DNA of 64,000 nt. It comes from Candidatus Saccharimonadales bacterium (GTDB lineage: Bacteria; Patescibacteriota; Saccharimonadia; Saccharimonadales; JBGSXW01). Positions 21,070-27,880 of the stretch are shown piece by piece; position 1 is the stretch's first letter; each line of letters begins with the position of its first letter. The notes under the pieces were generated by a model that worked only from the letters and a program-made list of their open reading frames with translations, did not search any database and was not told the origin of the DNA. The stretch is taken from the NCBI GenBank assembly GCA_041751215.1, contig JBGSXW010000002.1:286591-350590 (forward strand). The letters run 5' to 3'. A program made the position numbers and the translations under genes.

Positions 21070-22503
21070 CTACTCTAGCTTTCTGACTTTTATGGTATCC
21101 ATTCCTTCAAATTGCTCGGGGTGCATGTCGATTGCGGTAACAATTACGTCTTTGCTCTTAAACACCGCGTGCGAGCGCAGCCAGTCGGTTAGTCGCTGAG
21201 CCGAGGCTTCGTTTTCTGGGCGTATAAACCCTTTGGTTCCGTAAACTATGGCTAATTGTTGAGCCGTCATGGCATGAGAAGTTACAGCGATAATCGGTAC
21301 GTTCGGACGATGCATGGCAACGCTTTTTGTGGTTCTCCCACTCCTGGTAATCGTAACGATGGCTTTAGCGCCCAGTCGCCCAGCCAAAGTTATGACGCTA
21401 GAGGAAATCGCGGCCTGAACCGAAGGTGTAGCTTGATTGAAAAAGACTGGCTTGAGCGGTGAGTTTTCCTGGGTGTAGAGAATGATTCGCTTCATAACCT
21501 CAACTGCCTCTAGCGGATGTTTGCCGCTGGCGGTCTCATCGCTGAGCATTACTGTGTCGGCGCCAACAATCACCGCCGTGGCGACGTCTGATACTTCGGC
21601 ACGCGTGGGCTCGAGCTCATCGGTCATAGAAGCCAACATCTGTGTAGCGACGATGCTGATCTTTCCTTTTTCTAGACATTTACCAATAATGGCTCGCTGC
21701 AGCACCGGAACGGCCTCTGTTAGGGTTTCTTGAGCTAAATCGCCACGAGCAATCATTACGGCATCGCTCTCATCAATAATTTCGTCTAGGTGCTCGGTTG
21801 CCGCCTTGGTCTCAATTTTTGCGATCACTAAAGACTTGGACCCATAAAGTGATAGCAGGCGTTTAAGTTTTTTGACATCCTCGCCGGTTTGCACAAACGA
21901 CAATGCCACGTAGTCAACATTATGCTCGGCGCCAAAAACTATATCTTCGCGGTCTTTCTTGGTAATAATATCGCCGCCTAGATCGGTGTCGGGAAGATTG
22001 ATGCCCTTACGACGAGTCAGCACACCGTCGTTATTGGCCTTGATATGAACTTTGCCGTCTTGCACACTAGTGACTTCGGTTTTTAGTCGGCCATCGGAAA
22101 TCAACAACCGCTCCCCGCGTTTAACCTTTTTACTGAGGTCGTACTGCGTAGGAATCAGTCCAGTCGTTTGATAGTCAGTCTTATACTTAAGAACTAATTC
22201 TTGACCTTTTTTAACCGGAATAATGTCGTCAAAATCACCAAGTCGCATTTTTGGACCCTGAAGATCCTGAATAATTGCCACCGGCTTATCTAACTCAACA
22301 CTAGCTTGTCGAATCTTCTTAATGCGATCAAGATGCTCCTCAAAGTTGCCGTGCGAGAAGTTAAGTCTAAAGCCATTAACTCCAGCTTTTAACAGATCTC
22401 GAATCATCTCGAATTCACTCGTCGAGGGCCCGAGCGTAGCAATCATTTTTGTCCGCTTAAAGTTTTTGAGCGGAATCTTTGGTGGCTGATCTGTCTGTAC
22501 CAT
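21070..22503 (-). CDS. pyk: Pyruvate kinase
   Basis: KMIATLGPS, NFSHG, MIARGDL. The start is placed at ATG 22503 (MVQTDQ...). The track ORF extends to 22557, so the start is uncertain. Confidence 0.9.
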   Translation of the reverse strand: MVQTDQPPKIPLKNFKRTKMIATLGPSTSEFEMIRDLLKAGVNGFRLNFSHGNFEEHLDRIKKIRQASVELDKPVAIIQDLQGPKMRLGDFDDIIPVKKGQELVLKYKTDYQTTGLIPTQYDLSKKVKRGERLLISDGRLKTEVTSVQDGKVHIKANNDGVLTRRKGINLPDTDLGGDIITKKDREDIVFGAEHNVDYVALSFVQTGEDVKKLKRLLSLYGSKSLVIAKIETKAATEHLDEIIDESDAVMIARGDLAQETLTEAVPVLQRAIIGKCLEKGKISIVATQMLASMTDELEPTRAEVSDVATAVIVGADTVMLSDETASGKHPLEAVEVMKRIILYTQENSPLKPVFFNQATPSVQAAISSSVITLAGRLGAKAIVTITRSGRTTKSVAMHRPNVPIIAVTSHAMTAQQLAIVYGTKGFIRPENEASAQRLTDWLRSHAVFKSKDVIVTAIDMHPEQFEGMDTIKVRKLE

Positions 22504-22691
22504 TACTAACAGTGTAGCAAAGCACAAACGCTTTGGCACCGTCATTCCTGGGCGCAAGACTCAGTGAAATCATAGTTCGCTTCATGGTCCGAGGAACAAC
22601 GCCACCGCGTTACAGTTGAATGTTTTTAGTTTTAATGATGTAATACGCACATTCCGTGTTCCTTTACAACTATTCCGAAAGCAGGTGCAAT

Positions 22692-23342
22692 ATGAAGTAC
22701 CAATCTTTGACTCTCTACCGATTCATCCAGTTCATCAGCCGGTGTTACTGCTACCTGACTTACGAATGCCACCTGATCGGCTCGGCGAATCTGCCCTCAG
22801 ACAGGCCCTTCGTGCTGGCGTCGAACCACCGCGACAACCGTGACACCTGGGTGCTCGGAGCTCTGCCGCTGCGACCGATGTGGTATCTCGCAAAGCACCA
22901 GCTCTGGACCAAGGAGTTTCTGTGGGCCGGCTACTGGTTCTTCAACTTCATGGGGACGCTGCGTGTCGAACGTGGCAATGTCACCCAAGAGCTGTACGAC
23001 CAGTGCAAGACCATCCTGCAGTGGCAGCGACAGCCGGTGGCGCTTTACCCAGAGGGTCGTCGCCGCACAGGGCAAATGATCGAAAGCATCAAGCCTGGCG
23101 CAGTCCGCATCGCGCTCGATAGCAACGTGCCACTGATCCCGATGGCTATCCACGGCACCGAAAAGGTCTTGCGCTCCAAAAAGTTCAGGACTCCGCTCGT
23201 CGTCGTGATTGGCCGTCCAGTCAAGCTAGACGAAGATGCGACCGAAGAAGAAAACGTCGAGAGGCTGCGCCTAGCCATGCAGGAGGTGTTAGACCAAGCA
23301 ATCGATGCGTCACAGGCGGTCAAGCTCGCTCGCAGCCACTAG
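22692..23342 (+). CDS. plsC: 1-acyl-sn-glycerol-3-phosphate acyltransferase-like (PlsC family), GC-rich island
   Basis: HX4D motif NHRDNRD and YPEGRR. The start is moved to ATG 22692, with AGGTG upstream. The segment is GC-rich. Confidence 0.8.
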   Translation: MKYQSLTLYRFIQFISRCYCYLTYECHLIGSANLPSDRPFVLASNHRDNRDTWVLGALPLRPMWYLAKHQLWTKEFLWAGYWFFNFMGTLRVERGNVTQELYDQCKTILQWQRQPVALYPEGRRRTGQMIESIKPGAVRIALDSNVPLIPMAIHGTEKVLRSKKFRTPLVVVIGRPVKLDEDATEEENVERLRLAMQEVLDQAIDASQAVKLARSH

Positions 23343-23371
23343 CCGGCATCGGAATTAGGGAACGCGGACCA

Positions 23372-23418
23372 GGGGTCTGACTCTTACACTTATCGTGTAG
23401 TTTCAGGCCCCTTTTCCT
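23372..23418 (+). terminator. Hairpin between convergent GC-rich ORFs
   Basis: AGGGGTCTGA, a 22-nt loop, TCAGGCCCCT (one mismatch), then TTTTCC. Confidence 0.5.
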
Positions 23419-23594
23419 TGTCTACAGTTTCGTCCTGGCGCCTGCCCGCCGCAGCGAATGCGGAGGCTGGGGACTCGTCAGAAGAATTACACAATTCCTG
23501 ACTGTAGAGGGCCGAGCGGAGAGATGATTATTGATCTGTTAAGAAGCGTTGGCTTCTTGATCTACATCTCTCACGCCGGCCGCAAGGTGGTGGA

Positions 23595-24059
23595 TCAGGG
23601 CGTCAAGGCCTCGATCATCTCGCATTCACGAGCGTCTTGCAAAGCATCACGCTCGGCATCGATGGTCTTGAGCTCCGGAACCCGCGTGAACATGATGTTC
23701 GTGATCTGGCAGGCTAGGAAATAGCCGAGGAACTCCCTCCACGTGTCGTCGCCGTCGAGCTGTTCGATGACGTCCAAGCCTTTGAACTCCATCGGCCCGT
23801 CGGTGGTGCAGACGACGTAGAAGAGGAGCTGGACGAGCTCCGGATCGTTGAAGCGCTCCTTCATGACGTGATTGACCATGCGAACTGCACCGTAGCTGAA
23901 AACCATGTGCGTGCACACGTCCCAGTCCCCAGGTCCGACCTTGCCGGTGCCGTGGCAGAGGAAGCAGTTATCCTGCTCCATTTTTCCGCTGGCTCGGTAC
24001 ATCGCTGCCATCTCCCAGATGAACCGATCGAATGTGCTAGCCGAAATCTCCGTGGTCAT
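23595..24059 (-). CDS. Hypothetical protein (GC-rich island)
   Basis: 154 aa with strong RBS AAGGGAGG and a single CxxCxGxG-like motif CFLCHGTG. The opposite-strand ORFs are shadows. Confidence 0.65.
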   Translation of the reverse strand: MTTEISASTFDRFIWEMAAMYRASGKMEQDNCFLCHGTGKVGPGDWDVCTHMVFSYGAVRMVNHVMKERFNDPELVQLLFYVVCTTDGPMEFKGLDVIEQLDGDDTWREFLGYFLACQITNIMFTRVPELKTIDAERDALQDARECEMIEALTP

Positions 24060-24101
24060 GATGACCTCCCTTTGGTTGTGAACGGAACTCGGATCGGCAG
24101 T

Positions 24102-24130
24102 ATTATAACATGGTTTTGTCCTCTTGTCAC
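24102..24130 (-). promoter_or_regulatory. Sigma70-like promoter of ORF 23595-24059
   Basis: Minus strand GTGACA (24130-24125), 17 nt, TATAAT (24107-24102). Confidence 0.5.
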
Positions 24131-24184
24131 TAGAGTCTTTATGCGCTTTACCTTAAGGCCCTCATCTGTTAAACTCACTTCGCT

Positions 24185-24259
24185 GGCCCCTTCGTCTAAT
24201 GGTTAGGACACCAGGTTTTCATCCTGGCAATAGGAGTTCGATTCTCCTAGGGGTCACCA
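24185..24259 (+). tRNA. tRNA-Glu (anticodon TTC), CCA encoded
   Basis: Cloverleaf read by eye: acceptor GGCCCCT/AGGGGTC, anticodon loop TTTTCAT, T-arm GGAG-TTCGATT-CTCC. Confidence 0.9.
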
Positions 24260-24420
24260 ACAAAAAGCCTCGCCCTTGTGGTGAGGCTTTTTGTTGGTAG
24301 CTTTATGCGAATCGAACTTCGTAGCGCGTAGCGCGGAGTTCGCTATTCAAGCGAGCCCGCAGATGCTCGCATCGAGGACGAGCGAAGAATATATCATATA
24401 TTCTCCTATTCCCTGTTGTG
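24260..24420 (+). repeat. tRNA-trailing GC-rich module, Glu copy (split pseudo-T-arm)
   Basis: CCA-sequestering hairpin, then H1 GAACT-tcgta-GCGC-gta-GCGC-gg-AGTTC, then GGAGTTCG (the tRNA-Glu T-stem 5' strand plus TTCG), then a 57-nt conserved insert, then ATTCTCCTA (the rest of the tRNA-Glu T-arm). Confidence 0.75.
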
Positions 24421-24427
24421 GATACGG

Positions 24428-25042
24428 CTATTCCGCCTTAGTTATGCGAACGCCAACAACCTTCCACTCATCAAAAGGCAGATTGCCCGAACCGATACCA
24501 TCCTTATGAGCTACGACAACCTCTACATTCATCGCATCACCTTGAAAGGTGCTTTTGTAGACAATCGTGTGTGGGCCCCCACCTGGTGTAAATTCGAATT
24601 TAGCCAAACCGGTGCCTGGGTCGACGTTTTGCCAAAGTTCTTCTCTGCCAGAAAACGCCTGAGAGCGTAGAGTGGGGCTAATCGTAAAGTGTGTTATGCC
24701 AGCAGCTTCGTCGTATTGCTCATTCTTGGCATAATTCACAAACTCATCGGCCTTTTTGCGAGCCGCACACTCATCGTCTTTATCACCGGATGTTACAGCG
24801 CAAGATGATGAAACGCCCTTATCACCTTTTAGGAAGAAGGCATATGCCCCGTAGGCCAAGCCTGCAAATACAACCAAGCCTGCAATTAAAAGAATCAGTT
24901 TCTTTGGTGCTTTTGATGGCCTGGGAGTTGCTGTCGGTTGAGGTGCAACCGGTGCAACAACTTCTGCGGGTGCGCTGTTACTTTGATTTGTCACACTAGG
25001 AGTACTTACGTCTTTGGTTTGATCTTCTGGTTTTGTATTCAT
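24428..25042 (-). CDS. Membrane-anchored hypothetical protein (Pro/Thr-rich N-terminus, one TM, extracytoplasmic domain)
   Basis: 204 aa with the same architecture as ORF 44431-45015. Confidence 0.65.
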   Translation of the reverse strand: MNTKPEDQTKDVSTPSVTNQSNSAPAEVVAPVAPQPTATPRPSKAPKKLILLIAGLVVFAGLAYGAYAFFLKGDKGVSSSCAVTSGDKDDECAARKKADEFVNYAKNEQYDEAAGITHFTISPTLRSQAFSGREELWQNVDPGTGLAKFEFTPGGGPHTIVYKSTFQGDAMNVEVVVAHKDGIGSGNLPFDEWKVVGVRITKAE

Positions 25043-25135
25043 TCTTCGATTATAGGCGGTCCGCTGGGATTATCACAAGCACTACATGCTCCATTCGTAG
25101 AAAAAACACTGGAAAGCAATCACATGGAATCCCCA

Positions 25136-25165
25136 TTGGACTTTTTTAATGTTATGTGCTATAAT
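25136..25165 (+). promoter_or_regulatory. Sigma70-like promoter of ORF 25235-25672
   Basis: TTGGAC (25136-25141), 18 nt, TATAAT (25160-25165). The 5' UTR carries the hairpin TCAGCC-gata-GGCTGA. Confidence 0.55.
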
Positions 25166-25234
25166 AGCCCCCGTTACTTCAACATGAGGTAGCTCAGCCG
25201 ATAGGCTGATTCTTCGAGAGAAGGGAACTTTTCC

Positions 25235-25672
25235 ATGCCTAAGGTCTTCCTCCAAGGGGACGCCATCTGGGCCGTGCCGCCGTCGCGCGACATACTCACC
25301 GACCAACAGCAATTCACCTACGAGCTGGCCCAAGAGCTCCAGAGCATCTGCGCCTCGGCCATGACGAGATCGGGCTTCGATACCCGAGGGAACCAGGTCG
25401 TCGTGCGCTGCCTGGCACCTCTGCCGCTCGTGATCAACGGGGACAACCTCGAGATCACGTTCGCACCGAACTTCACGCCCGAGCGGCAGGCTCAGGAAGA
25501 AGCGATCCGGGATCACCTGATCGATCTGGTTACGGAGTTCACGGGGGACTGGGTCATTTCCACACTCGGTGAGGCTGGCACGTGGCCGACCATCGCGTAC
25601 GACATCGACTTCACCATGGGCATCGGTGGTCTCACGAACACGGATGGCCTCCTCAAGTCCACCTGGCCCTGA
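25235..25672 (+). CDS. Hypothetical protein (GC-rich island)
   Basis: 145 aa starting MPKVFLQG, with RBS GAAGGGA. The antisense ORF 25082-25516 is a shadow. Confidence 0.65.
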   Translation: MPKVFLQGDAIWAVPPSRDILTDQQQFTYELAQELQSICASAMTRSGFDTRGNQVVVRCLAPLPLVINGDNLEITFAPNFTPERQAQEEAIRDHLIDLVTEFTGDWVISTLGEAGTWPTIAYDIDFTMGIGGLTNTDGLLKSTWP

Positions 25673-25740
25673 TCACCTCCTCGAAGGGAGCATTCGGCTC
25701 CAACCCACATGACCTGTCGCTGACAGCATGTGGGACATCA

Positions 25741-25791
25741 GGACCCCCAATTTTATGCAATGCATCAAATCTCGGGGTCCTTTTTTCTTTG
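25741..25791 (+). terminator. Intrinsic terminator of ORF 25235-25672
   Basis: GGACCCC, a 26-nt AT-rich loop, GGGGTCC, then TTTTTTCTTTG. The last 16 nt are identical to the terminator tail at 4676-4691 (minus strand). Confidence 0.65.
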
Positions 25792-25798
25792 GCAAATT

Positions 25799-27262
25799 TT
25801 ACGCAGCTCTCACTCTCGGTATCTGATACCAATCTGTTACATAGGCTGGAGACTGATGATCGCGGTGAGAATGCCAGGTTCGACGATCTCCAGCATCCTC
25901 TCTGGCATGATGAACCGCCGCCGGACCGTAGCGCTTGTTGATAGCATCGACCGTTTGCATTAACAGATCTTGGCGTTTTAAATACGGCTCCGTCGCTGGC
26001 TCTAAAACAGACAATTGTTTAGCACTCTCTGGCACCAAGTGGCTTAAAATAACTCCGGCTTTCTTATAGCTAAAGTCAGGGTCATAGACTTGCTGCATGG
26101 CCGCCAAGGCTGCCTTAATAATTTCGCCCGTATCAGAGGTGGGAATCGGCAGTTTGACCTTATGATAAATATAACTATGTCCACTGGGAATATTGCGTTT
26201 TAAATAAACGCTGACTTCCCAGGTTAGTTCGTGGTTGCGCCGTAATTTAGCGGCCGTTCGGGTTGCAAAATTAGCAATTGCGGCCTCGATCTCGTTTAGA
26301 GCCCTGAGGCTGCTGCCAAACATCCGAGTGGCCGAAATGCTTTGTTGCGGATCATCTGTTTGATCTAAGGGAATACAACTCTCCCCCCTTAGCTCTTTGA
26401 TGGTTTTAAGACCCCTGATGGTTAAGTTCTTAAGGATCCAGCCATCTGGCATCTGAATCAGGTCATAAGCGGTCTTTATGCCCATCCCCTGTAGGCGCGG
26501 CGCTGTGCGCCAGCCTATTCCCCATACATCTTCAACTGGTGTTTGCCGCAGACTATCCTCTGTTAGCTTGGGTTTGTTAACCAAGCTTAGTCCGGCCCCA
26601 AGACTTTGATCTTTTTTGCTTCGAGCAACTGCTAACTTAGCTAGCGTTTTAGTTGGAGCCACCCCTACAGATACCGATATTCCGGTGTGTTTTTCTACCG
26701 TGGCCGCCACCTCTAGTGCCCATCTTTTATAGTCCTCTATGGGTAGCGTGCTGACCTCTAGAAAGGACTCGTCGACCGAATAAACCTCAATGTCGGGTGA
26801 AAACTGTTTGAGAATGGTTGTGATTCGCTGAGACATGTTGCCGTACAGTGCGAAGTTAGCCGAGAAAATCTGAGCTTGATGGGCTTTTAATAGTTCCTTG
26901 TGCTTAAAGTATGGAGCGGCCATAGGAATGCCCAAAGCCTTAATCTCGTTCGACCTAGCGATGATGCAGCCGTCGTTATTGGACAAGACGGCCACTGGCT
27001 TGTCTTTGAGATCGGGCCTAAAGACCCGCTCACAAGAGGCAAAGAAATTATTACAGTCAATCAGAGCGAACAAGGGCATCGTTTTGCCCGGCTTACTGGC
27101 AGAGCCAGCAACTCTGGCAAAACTTGGAGCGCTGAGCTTTGTTCCAGCCTCCGCTACTCCTCTACCGTACTCTGCGTACGCCTTCGTCTGTTGCTCGGCT
27201 GCGCCTCGCTCAGCATCTCCATGCCCGTGCTCGCTAGGGATAGAACCCGGTGGTTGCTTCAT
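25799..27262 (-). CDS. umuC: Y-family translesion DNA polymerase (UmuC-like)
   Basis: ALIDCNNFFASCE, SVDESF and the C-terminus SPAYVTDWYQIPRVRA. ATGA overlap with the upstream umuD-like gene. The 61-aa N-terminal extension may not be translated; the alternative start is ATG 27079. Confidence 0.9.
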   Translation of the reverse strand: MKQPPGSIPSEHGHGDAERGAAEQQTKAYAEYGRGVAEAGTKLSAPSFARVAGSASKPGKTMPLFALIDCNNFFASCERVFRPDLKDKPVAVLSNNDGCIIARSNEIKALGIPMAAPYFKHKELLKAHQAQIFSANFALYGNMSQRITTILKQFSPDIEVYSVDESFLEVSTLPIEDYKRWALEVAATVEKHTGISVSVGVAPTKTLAKLAVARSKKDQSLGAGLSLVNKPKLTEDSLRQTPVEDVWGIGWRTAPRLQGMGIKTAYDLIQMPDGWILKNLTIRGLKTIKELRGESCIPLDQTDDPQQSISATRMFGSSLRALNEIEAAIANFATRTAAKLRRNHELTWEVSVYLKRNIPSGHSYIYHKVKLPIPTSDTGEIIKAALAAMQQVYDPDFSYKKAGVILSHLVPESAKQLSVLEPATEPYLKRQDLLMQTVDAINKRYGPAAVHHAREDAGDRRTWHSHRDHQSPAYVTDWYQIPRVRAA

Positions 27263-27648
27263 CTGTGCGAACCCTTATGGGAGTGTAGATTATAGGTGAT
27301 TACACCCCATATCTGGAGGTCTTGACCGCTAATGGTATCGGCTAGGACCTCCCCCTGTGAGCTCAGCAGAGCCCGCACAGAGCCCTTTACTCCCACCTGC
27401 CCTATCTTGAACTCTCCGTTGTGCCAAGCAACTACTAGGTCTCCTGGTTGCGGATCCAGTGATTTATCGATAATTAACAGATCATTTTTAAAAATGCCCC
27501 AGATCTGAATCTGCCCACTAACTCTCATGAAGAAGGTGCTAGCAGGACGCTTAATTACTAGGTCATGAAGGCTTAGACCAGCTAAATTAGCCTCTTCTGC
27601 AGGATTTGGGAAGCCGGCTTTTACAGGAGTCTGCTTCACGGCATCCAT
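27259..27648 (-). CDS. umuD: UmuD/LexA-C-terminal-like (S24 fold) protein, apparently lacking the Ser/Lys dyad
   Basis: 129 aa that aligns by eye with E. coli UmuD from VQCGFPSPA onward (here VKAGFPNPA). GDSM is replaced by GQIQ, and FTVKKL by FKIGQV. RBS AAGAGGAGG. Confidence 0.75.
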   Translation of the reverse strand: MDAVKQTPVKAGFPNPAEEANLAGLSLHDLVIKRPASTFFMRVSGQIQIWGIFKNDLLIIDKSLDPQPGDLVVAWHNGEFKIGQVGVKGSVRALLSSQGEVLADTISGQDLQIWGVITYNLHSHKGSHR

Positions 27649-27839
27649 TTCGACCCAAAACCTCCTCTTTTGACTGCAAACAGCTTTCCGCTCGTCAACG
27701 TATCCCTTGGGATATGCTTCCTTGTGGCAAGCTGTTTTCGTGCAAAAGATCTATCTTTTGGCTTCGAAAGCGAACCGCAAAGCAGGCTCCATGGCTGTTG
27801 ATAAGAGGTAGCTACCGGTGGTATATGCCTTTTGGGCAT
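27636..27839 (-). CDS. Small very basic ORF upstream of and overlapping umuD-like
   Basis: 67 aa with RBS AAGGAG 6 nt before the ATG and a TATAAT about 35 nt further upstream. Internal repeat KRHIPPVATS / RKHIPRDTLTS. Confidence 0.35.
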   Translation of the reverse strand: MPKRHIPPVATSYQQPWSLLCGSLSKPKDRSFARKQLATRKHIPRDTLTSGKLFAVKRGGFGSKWMP

Positions 27840-27880
27840 TATTTACTCCTTGGTAGCTCATTGAACCTACATTATAGCAG

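Noticed and set aside
24291-24509. Reading the tRNA-trailing modules as C-terminal remnants of a protein gene. The shared frame gives ...RFVRDECAQMLASST* (Arg), ...GFVHDERAQELAPST* (Lys), ...PQMLASRTSEE (Glu) and ...EHAQKFTLSM* (Tyr).
   Set aside because: The conserved 'R-S' comes from the C-GNA-G triloop. The flanking codons change in a mutually complementary way (CTG..CAG, CGG..CCG, GCG..CGC), as expected for a stem and not for a protein. The Lys copy has an in-frame stop just upstream, the Tyr copy is frameshifted by 1 nt, and the Glu copy lacks the stop.
25082-25516. 144-aa minus-strand ORF.
   Set aside because: It is antisense to ORF 25235-25672, which has the promoter, RBS and terminator. 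Its Arg-rich shadow composition is typical of GC-rich DNA.
27649-27880. A Gram-positive-type SOS (Cheo) box upstream of umuDC, at ttcgaaagcgaaccgc.
   Set aside because: It does not fit CGAAC-N4-GTTCG, because there is no inverted GTTCG partner at the right spacing. No lexA is visible, so no SOS box is claimed.
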